Shown: positions 9,564 to 19,357, counted from the first letter of the stretch. The stretch: 64,000 bases of DNA from Clostridia bacterium (GCA_030527165.1 JAUNBH010000003.1:20028-84027), one strand, 5' to 3'. Notes: a model not told the origin generated them from the sequence alone. Program-made: numbers and translations.

Positions 9564-10832
9564 ATGCTCACTGCGCGCGAAAGGCGCGTGGAGCGTCAGC
9601 GCGAGCTGGTGGCGCGGTACGCGCGCCCTCTAATCTGTTTTACGATGAACATTGCCGGGGGTGTAAAGCGCAACGGCGCTATTGACGCCTCTTTTTTATT
9701 GGGCATGAAGGAACTGCGCGGACGCGCACCCGTGATGTACGAGGAGCGCGTGTTCGAGCGCACGGGCTGTACCGGGTACGCGGTGTGCGATTGCGGCGCG
9801 GAAGCGCTGAAGGCGCTGGCGGTCGAGCTTGAGGATGCAACGCCGTGCGGCAGGTTGTACGACATAGACGTGCTCGACGAGCGCTGCCGCAAGCTGTCGC
9901 GGCGGGAGCCGAGGCGCTGCCTCGTGTGTGATGAGTTGGCGGCGGCGTGCGCTCGCAGCAGGCGGCACAGCGCAACAGAGCTGTATGTGCGGGCGACGGA
10001 GCTCGCGTCGTCGGCGGTAGCGGCGGAATTGGGGCGCATGGCGCGCGGCGCATTGCTGTTCGAGGTCGACGTAACGCCCAAGCCCGGGCTCGTGGACCGC
10101 CGCAACTCAGGCGCGCACCGGGATATGGACGCCGACAGCTTTTACAGGAGCGCCGCCGCGCTGGAACCGTATTTTGAGCGCATAGCGGCGGTGTCCATGC
10201 GCGCCGAGGAAGCGGCAGAGCTCCCGGATACACTTAGGGCGATAGGCGTGGAGGCCGAAGCCGCCATGCTCCGTGCGACCGGAGGTGCGAACACACACAG
10301 GGGCGCCATATACACGCTGGGGTTGCTCGTTGCGGGGGGCGCCGCCGCGATAGCGCGCTCGGAAGTGGGGCGGGCGCCGGAAACGGCGGCGGGTCTGGCG
10401 CGGATGTTGGAGAGTGGGCGCGCGCTGCGGGTTGACGATGCGACAAACGGGGGGCGCGTGCGGCGCGAATACGGCGTCGGCGGCATACAGGCGGAAGCCA
10501 TGAACGGCTTTCCCACCGTTTTGGCCGCCGAAGCGGAGCTGTCGCGGCGCATAGCTGCGGGTGCAACGCAAAACGACGCGGCGGTGGCGACGCTGCTGTG
10601 GATAATCGCTCGGCTCGACGACACTAATCTGTTGCACAGAGGTGGAGCCGATGGGGCCGCTTACGCGAAATCAGAGGCGGCGCGGGTGCTTGGAGGTGCG
10701 CATGGCGGCATTGTAGCGCAGACGGAACTGCTCGACTGCGAGTTTACGCGGAGAAATCTCAGCCCCGGCGGGTCGGCGGACGTGTTGGCTGCCGCGGCGC
10801 TGCTGCGCGAGTTCAAGGCGCTGTTCACATAG
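9564..10832 (+). CDS. citXG: Fused holo-ACP synthase CitX / triphosphoribosyl-dephospho-CoA synthase CitG
   Basis: The N-terminal half is CitX-like (LLTARERR..., GRLYDIDV, RRCLVCDELAAACARSRRHS). The C-terminal half is CitG-like (VTPKPGLVDRRNSGAHRDMDADSF). I chose ATG 9564 after GGAGGA; GTG 9543 is the alternative. The track start 9444 would overlap citC by 95 nt. Confidence 0.8.
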   Translation: MLTARERRVERQRELVARYARPLICFTMNIAGGVKRNGAIDASFLLGMKELRGRAPVMYEERVFERTGCTGYAVCDCGAEALKALAVELEDATPCGRLYDIDVLDERCRKLSRREPRRCLVCDELAAACARSRRHSATELYVRATELASSAVAAELGRMARGALLFEVDVTPKPGLVDRRNSGAHRDMDADSFYRSAAALEPYFERIAAVSMRAEEAAELPDTLRAIGVEAEAAMLRATGGANTHRGAIYTLGLLVAGGAAAIARSEVGRAPETAAGLARMLESGRALRVDDATNGGRVRREYGVGGIQAEAMNGFPTVLAAEAELSRRIAAGATQNDAAVATLLWIIARLDDTNLLHRGGADGAAYAKSEAARVLGGAHGGIVAQTELLDCEFTRRNLSPGGSADVLAAAALLREFKALFT

Positions 10833-10893
10833 CGCTTCGGGATATATAGGACGCGCTTCGCATAAAAGTAAGGTGAATGCGAGGTGTTTTTTT

Positions 10894-12186
10894 ATGCGTA
10901 TACTTCAGTACTCGGACAGGGGGCCTTCCGTTCAGCTGCTGCAGCTGGCGCTGTTTAGGGCGGGCAACACGGGATTAGAGCTCGACGGCGTATTCGGTCA
11001 GGAGACGCTCAACGCCCTCAGGCGGTTTCAGGCGTCCAAAGGGCTGCAGCCGACGGGCGTGTACGATGAGGCGACTGCCGTCGTGCTAAGGCCGTATCTT
11101 ACGGGAGTCGCGCTGCACACGGTGGTGCGAGGAGACACGCTGTGGAAGCTGGCGAAGCGCTATACGACGACCGTCGCCGCGATCGAAACTGCAAATCCCG
11201 GGGTAGATTCTCAAAACCTGCAGATAGGCAGCGTGCTGAAGGTGCCGCTGCACTTCGACGTAGTGCCGACAAATGTGAAATACACGAGTGAGTTGGTAGA
11301 AGCGATAGCGGAGGGGCTGACGGCGAGGTATCCCTTCATCGAGGCGGGCAGCATAGGCGAGAGCGAGATGGGCAGGCAGCTGCGCTCATTCAGGCTGGGC
11401 GCTGGCAGCGTGAGCGTGGCGTATAACGCATCACATCATGCCAATGAGTGGATAACGACGCCCGTACTGCTTAAATTCCTGGAGCAGTACGCACGAGCGT
11501 ACGCTATGGGCGGAACCGTATTCGGGCGGCTTGCAGAGACTTTGTTCAACGAAGTGACGCTCTACATAGTGCCGCTCGTCAACCCGGACGGCGTCGATCT
11601 CGTAAACGGCGCCATAGCCGACGGCGAGTGGTACCGCGGGGCGAGGCAGATTGCCGCGAATTATCCCTCGATAGCCTTCCCGTCGGGCTGGAAGGCCAAC
11701 ATACTGGGCACTGATCTAAACGTCAACTATCCGGCGCTGTGGGACGAGGCGAAGCGGATAAAGTACGCCCTGGGGTACGTTTCGCCTGCGCCGCGGGACT
11801 TCGTAGGCGATTACCCGCTGTCCGCGAGCGAGTCGAGGGCGATGTATGCTTTTACGCAGGCGCACGATTTCAGGCTGATACTCGCATATCACTCGCAGGG
11901 CGAAGTCATATTCTGGAAGTTTCAGGACTACGACCCGCCGAATTCGTATGAGATCGCAGTGGAATTTGAACGCGTTAGCGGCTATGCCGCAGAGCTCACG
12001 CCTACTGCGTCGGGCTACGCGGGTTACAAGGACTGGTTCATACAGGAGTACAACCTGCCGGGCTACACCATAGAGGTTGGCAGGGGCTCAAACCCGCTGC
12101 CGCTCAGTCTGTTCGATGACATATATCAAGACAATATCGGAATACTCGTGCTCGGCATGGAACTCAGTTTACCCGGCGCAATATGA
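10894..12186 (+). CDS. Cell-wall peptidase: PG_binding_1 + LysM + M14 carboxypeptidase domain (gamma-D-glutamyl-meso-DAP peptidase-like)
   Basis: PG-binding repeat (VQLLQLALFRAGNTGLELDGVFGQETLNALRRFQ). LysM (HTVVRGDTLWKLAKRYTTTVAAIETANPG...VLKVP). M14 zinc motif context (YNASHHANEWITT). GAGGTG SD precedes ATG 10894. Confidence 0.8.
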   Translation: MRILQYSDRGPSVQLLQLALFRAGNTGLELDGVFGQETLNALRRFQASKGLQPTGVYDEATAVVLRPYLTGVALHTVVRGDTLWKLAKRYTTTVAAIETANPGVDSQNLQIGSVLKVPLHFDVVPTNVKYTSELVEAIAEGLTARYPFIEAGSIGESEMGRQLRSFRLGAGSVSVAYNASHHANEWITTPVLLKFLEQYARAYAMGGTVFGRLAETLFNEVTLYIVPLVNPDGVDLVNGAIADGEWYRGARQIAANYPSIAFPSGWKANILGTDLNVNYPALWDEAKRIKYALGYVSPAPRDFVGDYPLSASESRAMYAFTQAHDFRLILAYHSQGEVIFWKFQDYDPPNSYEIAVEFERVSGYAAELTPTASGYAGYKDWFIQEYNLPGYTIEVGRGSNPLPLSLFDDIYQDNIGILVLGMELSLPGAI

Positions 12187-12907
12187 GCAGGTTGAGGATC
12201 GCCGCGTATTCACGCAGGTACTGAACCAACGCCACGCGCATGGGATCGGGCGCGGGAACGCAAGTGCAGTTTAGTCCGACGCGCGCAGCGAGCATTTTCG
12301 CGCGCAGGGAGTGGAATCTGTTGGTGACGAATACGCAGCCGCCGGATGAGCCTACGAGCGCGCGTGCGTTCTTAAAGTTCTCATATGTGCTGAGCGATTC
12401 GTTTTCCTCAATAATGCGGTCGCGGCTTATTCCCATGGAGGCGAGTTGGCGTGCCATATGCGCAGATTCCGAAACGCCGGACCCTTGGGACATACCGCCC
12501 GAGAGCACGAGCGCTGCGCAGGGGAAGCGCTCTGCGAGTTCACAGGCGCGCCTAAGCCGGAGCGCGAGCGTGAGAGAAGGAGAGCTGCGCCATGGGGCGC
12601 TGCCCAGCACCAGAATGAAGCGCGCATCGGCGGGCGCACATTGGCGGAGCGCAACGGCGCTGCAAACCAAAAACGCCGCAAAGCCCAGCAGAAAAGCGGC
12701 GACGGCGAATGCGGCGAGGTGGAGTGCGATGCACAGGAGCACATTTTGGCACAGCGCGTAAAGCGCGTCATAGAACAGGCCGGCAAGCGCAAGAAGCAGC
12801 CCAATACCGGCGCACAGCACGATTCCCGTATCGCAGCGCATCACTGTGAGCGCGTACACGGCTTGGGCCGTGAGCGCAGCGCCGACGATTATGAGGGCTG
12901 CGCTCAC
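12164..12907 (-). CDS. DUF218 (YdcF/ElyC/SanA-like) membrane protein
   Basis: Three N-terminal TM helices followed by a DUF218 core (FILVLGS...VLSGGMSQGSGVSESAHMARQL...ENESLSTYENF). The GTG start overlaps the SDR stop (GTGA). Confidence 0.7.
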   Translation of the reverse strand: MSAALIIVGAALTAQAVYALTVMRCDTGIVLCAGIGLLLALAGLFYDALYALCQNVLLCIALHLAAFAVAAFLLGFAAFLVCSAVALRQCAPADARFILVLGSAPWRSSPSLTLALRLRRACELAERFPCAALVLSGGMSQGSGVSESAHMARQLASMGISRDRIIEENESLSTYENFKNARALVGSSGGCVFVTNRFHSLRAKMLAARVGLNCTCVPAPDPMRVALVQYLREYAAILNLLILRRVN

Positions 12908-13743
12908 TTGTCTCCGAGCTTGGACTTGGGGTACATCATGGTCAGCAGCGACTCGAGCGCGCGCGCGGGCAGCAGGCGTTTGAGGAATACCAGCACCTTG
13001 TACGATGCGCCTACGACCTTGCGCACGGGCGGATTCTTGGCCTTGATGACCTGGAGTATTACGTCCGTGACCGTATCCGGAGCCTTGCCCGCCTGTTCGT
13101 CGTGCTCCATCTGGGCGACGGAAGCTCTGAACTCGCGTCCGTACGCGCTGTTGCGCGCCTTTTCGGCGTATATGCGTGAGGAGGTGAAGGCGGTTTTGGT
13201 ATCGCCCGGCTCGACGAGCGCCGCGCGCACGTTAAACGGCCGCATCTCTATGCGCAATCCCTCCGTAAGCGACTCTAAGGCGTACTTAGACGAGCTGTAA
13301 TGCGTCTGGAACGGTATGGAGAATATGCCTCCTACCGAGCCGATATTGACCACGAGGCCATTGCGCGCTTTGCGCATATGCGGGAGCACCACATTGAGCA
13401 TACGCACTACGCCCAGGTAATTGGTGTCCATCTGCATGTGGGCTTCCTCTGCGGAGACTTCCTCGACGGAGCCGCAAATGCCAATTCCCGCCGCGTTGAC
13501 GAGTATGTCTATGCGCCCCTCGGCGGCCATGACGGCGCTCACCGCAGCTGTGACAGACGCCTCGTCGCAAACGTCGAGCTTGAGCATTTTCACGAAGCCG
13601 TTGTCAAATTCGGCGTCTTCGCCGCCGCGCCTTGAGCCGCCGTACACCCGAAAACCGAGCGAAGCGAGCCGGAGCGCCGTACATTGACCGATTCCGCTCG
13701 ACGCGCCGGTGATCAAAACAACATTCCCATACTGATTATTCAC
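12904..13743 (-). CDS. Short-chain dehydrogenase/reductase (classical SDR)
   Basis: TGASSGIG cofactor motif, NAAG, and a YSSSK catalytic motif. GTG start with GGAGG SD. Confidence 0.85.
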   Translation of the reverse strand: MNNQYGNVVLITGASSGIGQCTALRLASLGFRVYGGSRRGGEDAEFDNGFVKMLKLDVCDEASVTAAVSAVMAAEGRIDILVNAAGIGICGSVEEVSAEEAHMQMDTNYLGVVRMLNVVLPHMRKARNGLVVNIGSVGGIFSIPFQTHYSSSKYALESLTEGLRIEMRPFNVRAALVEPGDTKTAFTSSRIYAEKARNSAYGREFRASVAQMEHDEQAGKAPDTVTDVILQVIKAKNPPVRKVVGASYKVLVFLKRLLPARALESLLTMMYPKSKLGDK

Positions 13744-13755
13744 ATCTGCCTCCTG

Positions 13756-14172
13756 CTATTGTATTGGATTCAAAGGGAGCGCCTCATCGCTTCCCAAAGT
13801 CTGTATAAACGCGAACTCTATCTCGCCGTCCACGAGGAGTATTGTGATGACCTGCGTTTCGTCGACCGCCGCCAGGAATTGTGCGATATCCCCGCGCCTG
13901 TCCGGGTCGGAGGGGAAGCCCGACTCGCGCGAAACCTCCGTGAGCGCCTCGTCGAACTGTTCGCCCATGAGCTCCCGGACAGTGGTGTCAGCTGCCACGT
14001 CGGCGAGATAGAACGACTCGTCCGTAAGCGAGTAGCCGCGCTGCGCCATGGCGCGCCTCAGCTGCGACAGCTCGCTCGTGCTGTTGCTGTATAAGCTCCA
14101 GACGAGCGCCGTCAGGAGCAACACGCCTGCCACGGCGAGCAGTATGGCGCGCGTCTTCCGGCTCACAGCCAA
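13756..14172 (-). CDS. Hypothetical membrane-anchored protein (single N-terminal TM)
   Basis: 138-aa ORF with an N-terminal hydrophobic helix (AILLAVAGVLLLTALVW). It overlaps the ecfT stop by 10 nt. I did not recognise a family with confidence. Confidence 0.5.
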   Translation of the reverse strand: MAVSRKTRAILLAVAGVLLLTALVWSLYSNSTSELSQLRRAMAQRGYSLTDESFYLADVAADTTVRELMGEQFDEALTEVSRESGFPSDPDRRGDIAQFLAAVDETQVITILLVDGEIEFAFIQTLGSDEALPLNPIQ

Positions 14173-14969
14173 ACGCCCTGCGACACGGCGATGCCGGCTA
14201 TGAGCACCACCATTACCGCTTCAGCCAACAGGTCGTTCCAGCCGAATCTAAGGCGGCGGAGCTTCGTGCGCCCCTCGCCGCCGTGATAGCAGCGGCTCTC
14301 CATGGCCATCGCCAGCTCGTTTGCGCGCTTAAAAGCGCCAACGATGAGCGGAACGAGTATAGGCACCATCGCCTTTATGCGCTGTATGATGCTGCCCGTG
14401 TCGAGTTGCGCCCCGCGCGAAGTCTGCGCCTTGATTATCTTGTCCGCCTCGTCGAGCAGCGTGGGTATGAATCTAAGCGCGATGGTCATTATCATCGCAA
14501 ACACATGCGGCGATATTCCTATAAGCTTCAGCGGCGACAGCAGCGACTCTATCGCATCGGTAAGCGCTATGGGCGTCGTAGTAAACGTGAGCATGGAAGT
14601 GCCGCTCACGAGCACTATGAGCCTGAGCATCACAAAGCACGCCTGTCTAACTCCGCCGGTAGTGATGGTGACGGACCAAAACGATACGAGTATGTCGCCA
14701 GTGGAAATCAAAAACAGGTTTATCACGAACATGAATATGAGTATCCACCGAACCGGCTTGAGTGACCGGAGCATGAAAACCAGCGGTATGCGCGCCATGA
14801 GCAGCGTGAACACCACAAAAACGTAGAGTGGTATGAACATCCACAGCGAATCGACGATAAAAGTCGCGACGATGAACTCAATGAACAGTATTAACTTGGC
14901 GCGCGGGTCTAACCTGTGTATGGCGGAGTCGGCGGGGTAGTACTGACCGAGCGTTATGTCTTTAATCAT
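14163..14969 (-). CDS. ecfT: ECF transporter transmembrane (T) component
   Basis: 268-aa polytopic protein. It has EcfT/CbiQ-type signature arginine motifs (ALRFIP..., AMESRCY). It is the third gene after two ECF ATPases. Confidence 0.85.
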   Translation of the reverse strand: MIKDITLGQYYPADSAIHRLDPRAKLILFIEFIVATFIVDSLWMFIPLYVFVVFTLLMARIPLVFMLRSLKPVRWILIFMFVINLFLISTGDILVSFWSVTITTGGVRQACFVMLRLIVLVSGTSMLTFTTTPIALTDAIESLLSPLKLIGISPHVFAMIMTIALRFIPTLLDEADKIIKAQTSRGAQLDTGSIIQRIKAMVPILVPLIVGAFKRANELAMAMESRCYHGGEGRTKLRRLRFGWNDLLAEAVMVVLIAGIAVSQGVWL

Positions 14970-15807
14970 CGGAGTACCTCCCGAGCAGATAATCCACGAG
15001 CTCGTCGTCGCGGCATATGCCCGCCGGCACGTCGATGCCCTGCGCGCGAAGCGCCTTGGCTATTCTGGAGGCATGGGGGAGCTCAAGTCCGAGCTCATCG
15101 AGCTCGAGCGTGGCAAACACATTGCTTGGCGTATCAACCGTCAGGAGCTTTCCCCCGTAGAGCACGGCGATCCGGTCGGAAACCCTGGCAATATCGTCCA
15201 TGGAATGGCTTACCATGATTATGGTCGTGCCGTAATCCAGCCTGATTCTATTCAGCAAGTCCAATATGTTGCGGCGCCCGGAAGGGTCCAGCCCGGCCAT
15301 GGGCTCATCGAGCACGAGATAGCGCGGATTCATGGCGAGAATACCCGCCAGCGCGACGCGGCGCTTCTCGCCTCCGGACAACTCAAAGGGCGATTTCTCG
15401 ATAAAGAACTCGGGCTCAAGGCCGACCGCCGTCAGGGCGTCAATTACGCGGGCGTTGATCTCCTCGTCTGTCAGCTTGAGGTTCTTGGGGCCAAACGCCA
15501 CGTCCTTATACACGGTCTCCTCAAATAGCTGATACTCGGGGTATTGGAACACCATACCCACGCGCTTGCGGCCTTCGACCATCTGTTTTTTTACGGACAT
15601 GTCGTAGCCGTCGACCAGCACGCTTCCGCCGTTGGGCTGTAGTATGCCGTTAATGTGCTGTATGAGGGTGCTCTTACCGCTGCCGGTGTGGCCGACTATG
15701 CTTATAAACTCGCCCTCTTGGATGGTGAGTGAAACGTCGTCGAGCGCATCGGTCTCGATAGGGCTGCCCTTCATGTATGTATGAGTCAAATTCCTGATTT
15801 CAATCAT
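14962..15807 (-). CDS. ecfA2: ECF transporter ATPase component A2
   Basis: Walker A GHTGSGKST, signature LSGGEKRR, Walker B LVLDEP. Confidence 0.9.
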   Translation of the reverse strand: MIEIRNLTHTYMKGSPIETDALDDVSLTIQEGEFISIVGHTGSGKSTLIQHINGILQPNGGSVLVDGYDMSVKKQMVEGRKRVGMVFQYPEYQLFEETVYKDVAFGPKNLKLTDEEINARVIDALTAVGLEPEFFIEKSPFELSGGEKRRVALAGILAMNPRYLVLDEPMAGLDPSGRRNILDLLNRIRLDYGTTIIMVSHSMDDIARVSDRIAVLYGGKLLTVDTPSNVFATLELDELGLELPHASRIAKALRAQGIDVPAGICRDDELVDYLLGRYSDD

Positions 15808-16633
15808 TCTGATGCTTGCCTTTGAGCAACTCCGCTATTCTCGCGCTCAACTCCTCGACGGTGTGCGCGTGGGCGACGTCCATACCTCCCGCGATGAGCG
15901 CGTTGCGTATGGACAATACGGGAGGCACGTCGAGCCGAAGCTCGCGGAGCCGGTCGCATTGCTCAAATACCGCTGCCGGCGTGTCGAGCATGGCGACGGA
16001 GCCGTCGTAGAGCACGGCCACCCTGTCGGCAATGGCGGCTTCCTCCATGTACTGGGTTATCATAACCACCGTCTTGCCCTGGGCGTGCAGCGCCCTCATT
16101 ATGGCGAGCACGTCGTTGCGGCCGTCGGGATCCAACATCGCCGTCGCCTCGTCGAATACCATTATGCTCGGGCGCATGGCGAGCACTCCGGCTATGGCGA
16201 CGCGCTGCTTCTGACCGCCCGACAGCATGTGCGGGGCGTTTCGAGCGAACTTGCGCATATCTACCGCGTCGAGCGCCTCGTAGACGCGCTGCGCTATTTC
16301 ATCGGGCTCAATGCCGAGGTTCTCGGGGCCAAACGCGACGTCCTCCTCGACGACGGTCGTGACTATCTGATTGTCGGGGTTCTGGAACACCATTCCGACC
16401 TGCCGCCTTAGCTCCATCAGCGCAGTCTCGTCAGACGTCAGCAGCCCATTGACCGCAACCTCGCCCTCTGTTGGCAGGAGTAACCCGTTAAGACACTTCG
16501 CCAGGGTGCTCTTGCCGCTCCCGTTGGGGCCGACGACAGCCAAAAACTCACCGTCGCCCACCTGCAGGTCGACGTGCTTGAGCGCCGGTGCGCCCGCACT
16601 GTATTCGTAACTGACATTTCTCAGTTCAATCAT
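15800..16633 (-). CDS. ecfA1: ECF transporter ATPase component A1
   Basis: Walker A GPNGSGKST, signature LSGGQKQR, Walker B MVFDEAT. I chose ATG at 16633 (MIELRNVSYEY). Confidence 0.9.
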   Translation of the reverse strand: MIELRNVSYEYSAGAPALKHVDLQVGDGEFLAVVGPNGSGKSTLAKCLNGLLLPTEGEVAVNGLLTSDETALMELRRQVGMVFQNPDNQIVTTVVEEDVAFGPENLGIEPDEIAQRVYEALDAVDMRKFARNAPHMLSGGQKQRVAIAGVLAMRPSIMVFDEATAMLDPDGRNDVLAIMRALHAQGKTVVMITQYMEEAAIADRVAVLYDGSVAMLDTPAAVFEQCDRLRELRLDVPPVLSIRNALIAGGMDVAHAHTVEELSARIAELLKGKHQND

Positions 16634-16780
16634 GCTGCAACCTCTCCAGACTAACACAGTAGTATACAGCATCGGCACAGTGCGGACAAGTGACCTGAGC
16701 GATATATTACGCCGAAGACTGTGCGCCGGCGAGTGAAATATGTACGGAGTGTAAATATTGAATAATATTACAAATTCGCC

Positions 16781-16809
16781 TTTTCAGCTCGGTGGTGGTT
16801 TGGTATAAT
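16781..16809 (+). promoter_or_regulatory. Candidate sigma-A promoter (extended -10)
   Basis: TTTTCA, 17 nt spacer, then TGgTATAAT (TATAAT 16804-16809), about 38 nt upstream of ATG 16847. Confidence 0.4.
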
Positions 16810-16846
16810 AACGTGATACAGTGTGATTACACCGTGGAGGTATTAT

Positions 16847-18718
16847 ATGCTTTGTAGGAATTGCGGGAAACAGAACGAAGACTATCTGGAGTATTGCAAG
16901 TACTGCGGCGAAGAACTCACTGCCGAAGATGCCGCCGCGGGCGGGGAGCGCCCGGCGGACGGGGCCGCGAGTGATGCGACGTGGGGGTTTGCCCGCTCGC
17001 CAAAGTGGAGAAGGCCGGAGTTCAGAGCCGACAGCGTTGAAGTGGAAGACGATGCCGACGAGGGCGACGTGACGCCGTACACGCCCGCGCGGCGCTTTTC
17101 GCGCACGGGAGCGGTTGGCGGCGAAGCGCCGGACGCAGCGCAGACGGATGCGCCGGCGGAGGACGAGAGCCCGGTGGTTCCCGTTTACGGGTCGAGGCGA
17201 AAAAGCGCCACTCCGGCAGAGCACGAGATAGTGCCCGTAGACGAGGACGATATCGTCAAGCCGGAGAAGATAAGATTTGCCGAGCCGCTCGAGGAGGACT
17301 ACTACTACGAGGGAGTGGAGCCGGACGAGTATGATGACTACCGCGATACGAACAGGCGCGGCGGCAAGAAGTGGATAGTGCTCGCTTCTGTGGCGGCAGC
17401 GGTGGTAGTGCTCGTAGCCGTATGCTGGATAATAATCGGGACGACGTACGGCAATCTGAGCAACTGTATAGACCATCTGTTCAACGGCAATCCCCTGCTG
17501 CAGCCGGTAATGATAGAGAAGTCCACCGACGCCGACGGTGAGAGCATAGTCGTATTCACCGTGCGCGCGCCCAAGGGCACTACGATACGCTTCAACATCA
17601 ACGGGCAAACGCAGGAAAAGACGATAGAGTCCGGCAACAGCTTTGCGGGCTTCCTCAAGGAGGCGAACTTCATACCGACGGAGGCTGTGGACTCCGACAG
17701 CCCGTATGTAATAGTGGTGCCGGATATAACGGTCATATCGCCTGACGGTGTGGAGACGAAGATAACGAGCTTTGTCACTACGGATGAGACCATAATAGAC
17801 ATAGTCGATCCGGACGCGACCGCCGCACAGCGGCGGCAGGGTATACCCATAGATGGATTCCCGGTGAGGGTGCCGGAGCTGACGCTGACCATAACTTCAC
17901 CCGAGAGCGGCGCTGAAATAACCACCCGCATAGTGATGGTGACGGGCACCGTGAGCAGCAACACCGCGACCGTATTGGTCGAGGGGCAGGAAGTGACGGT
18001 AGACGAGACGGGCGCATTCACGGCGGCGGTAGAGCTGTCGGCGCAGGGCGAGAGCACCATCACGGTTGAAGCCAGCAAGGGAGGATACCGGACTGCGCGT
18101 CAGACTATAAACGTGATATACAACGTCACTGAGATAGACATAGCATTCGACGATGAAGTGCAATTCCGCACGCGCACGAACACGCTGACGCTCTCGGGCA
18201 CACTGGAGCCGGGCGCAGTGGTCAGCATGAGCTGTGAGGCCGAGGGCATATCGTTCTCAGAGCCCGTGACGGTGGGCACGGACGGCAGATTCGCCATAAC
18301 GGCGACCATAGCGGAGGTGGGCTATTACGACGTGACGATTACAGTGGTCAACGGCGCTTCGACTTCGACCTCGACCGTTCACCTGGAGAGGGCGCCGGAG
18401 AACCACAACGACTACTATGGAAGCGCGTTTGCGATAGACTACACGCGGCTTGTGAGCGAACCCTACCACAACAGCCATTACGCCATAATGGGGCGGGTGG
18501 TTGAGATTATACAGGAATCTCCGTATGTAATAGCGAAGCTGAGGACGACCGACGGTCAGGAGATATACTTCCAGTATCACAACAGTTACAGCGGAGCGGC
18601 GGAGATAGTGGTGAGCGACACTCAGATGTACAACATAGCGTGCTTCCCCAACGGACTGTATGAGGGCACGCAAATACCGTACGTCTACGTCTGGTTCGTG
18701 CTCAAGCCCAGCGCGTAA
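16847..18718 (+). CDS. Zinc-ribbon / single-pass membrane protein with a large extracytoplasmic beta-rich (Ig-like) region
   Basis: N-terminal MLCRNCGKQNEDYLEYCKYCGEEL zinc ribbon. An acidic low-complexity linker follows, then one TM helix (WIVLASVAAAVVVLVAVCWIIIG) and about 430 aa of T/V/E-rich ectodomain. GGAGG SD precedes ATG 16847. Confidence 0.7.
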   Translation: MLCRNCGKQNEDYLEYCKYCGEELTAEDAAAGGERPADGAASDATWGFARSPKWRRPEFRADSVEVEDDADEGDVTPYTPARRFSRTGAVGGEAPDAAQTDAPAEDESPVVPVYGSRRKSATPAEHEIVPVDEDDIVKPEKIRFAEPLEEDYYYEGVEPDEYDDYRDTNRRGGKKWIVLASVAAAVVVLVAVCWIIIGTTYGNLSNCIDHLFNGNPLLQPVMIEKSTDADGESIVVFTVRAPKGTTIRFNINGQTQEKTIESGNSFAGFLKEANFIPTEAVDSDSPYVIVVPDITVISPDGVETKITSFVTTDETIIDIVDPDATAAQRRQGIPIDGFPVRVPELTLTITSPESGAEITTRIVMVTGTVSSNTATVLVEGQEVTVDETGAFTAAVELSAQGESTITVEASKGGYRTARQTINVIYNVTEIDIAFDDEVQFRTRTNTLTLSGTLEPGAVVSMSCEAEGISFSEPVTVGTDGRFAITATIAEVGYYDVTITVVNGASTSTSTVHLERAPENHNDYYGSAFAIDYTRLVSEPYHNSHYAIMGRVVEIIQESPYVIAKLRTTDGQEIYFQYHNSYSGAAEIVVSDTQMYNIACFPNGLYEGTQIPYVYVWFVLKPSA

Positions 18719-18783
18719 GGCGCAATGACACACGCTGGCAGGGCTGATTACCTTGCCAGCTGTTTTTGAAAGTGGATGACGAT

Positions 18784-19074
18784 ATGAGGCTGTGGGGATT
18801 GGTGAGAAAAGGCGATAAAGTGCTTCGCGACGCGCTGACGGAACACGAAGGAGTGCTCCCATCCGACGTCGGGAACTGGGACGCGCTCATAGCGGAATTG
18901 TGCGCCGCGCTGGATCTGGCGGCGCCCGTGGTACTGCGCAAGCACATTGACGACCTGCGCGTGTTTTCGCACGTCGCGTTCAGGCGCGACGATTTCTTGG
19001 AGGAGGTGGCTTTCGACCGCTTTGAACTGCGGATTCTGCTGTCGGAAAGGGAAAAGAAGCGCGCAACTGAATAG
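18784..19074 (+). CDS. Hypothetical protein
   Basis: 96-aa ORF from ATG 18784 (the track ORF begins at TTG 18766). No family recognised. Coding status is inferred from length and position only. Confidence 0.4.
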   Translation: MRLWGLVRKGDKVLRDALTEHEGVLPSDVGNWDALIAELCAALDLAAPVVLRKHIDDLRVFSHVAFRRDDFLEEVAFDRFELRILLSEREKKRATE

Positions 19075-19126
19075 AGCGGGCACACGAGGGGCAGAATAAA
19101 GCCATCAACATAAAGGAGTTGCGATT

Positions 19127-19342
19127 ATGGATACACTGGCTTTAGTCTTGATAATCATTGGCGCGCTCAACTGGGGACTGGTAGGACTGTTTCAGTTTGA
19201 CGTAATAGCCGCGATATTCGGAGGCGTCAGCGAGGTGGTGTCGCGCGTGCTGTACACCATAGTAGGGCTCGCGGGGCTGTGGGGCATATCTATACTGTTC
19301 AGGCGGGACGGGATAAAGCACCCCAAGCAGCAGACGGATTGA
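19127..19342 (+). CDS. DUF378 small membrane protein
   Basis: Begins MDTLALVLIIIGALNWGLVGLFQFDVIAAIFGG, the characteristic DUF378 N-terminus. AAGGAG SD is present. Confidence 0.75.
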   Translation: MDTLALVLIIIGALNWGLVGLFQFDVIAAIFGGVSEVVSRVLYTIVGLAGLWGISILFRRDGIKHPKQQTD

Positions 19343-19357
19343 CAGGTGGCGCTGAAG

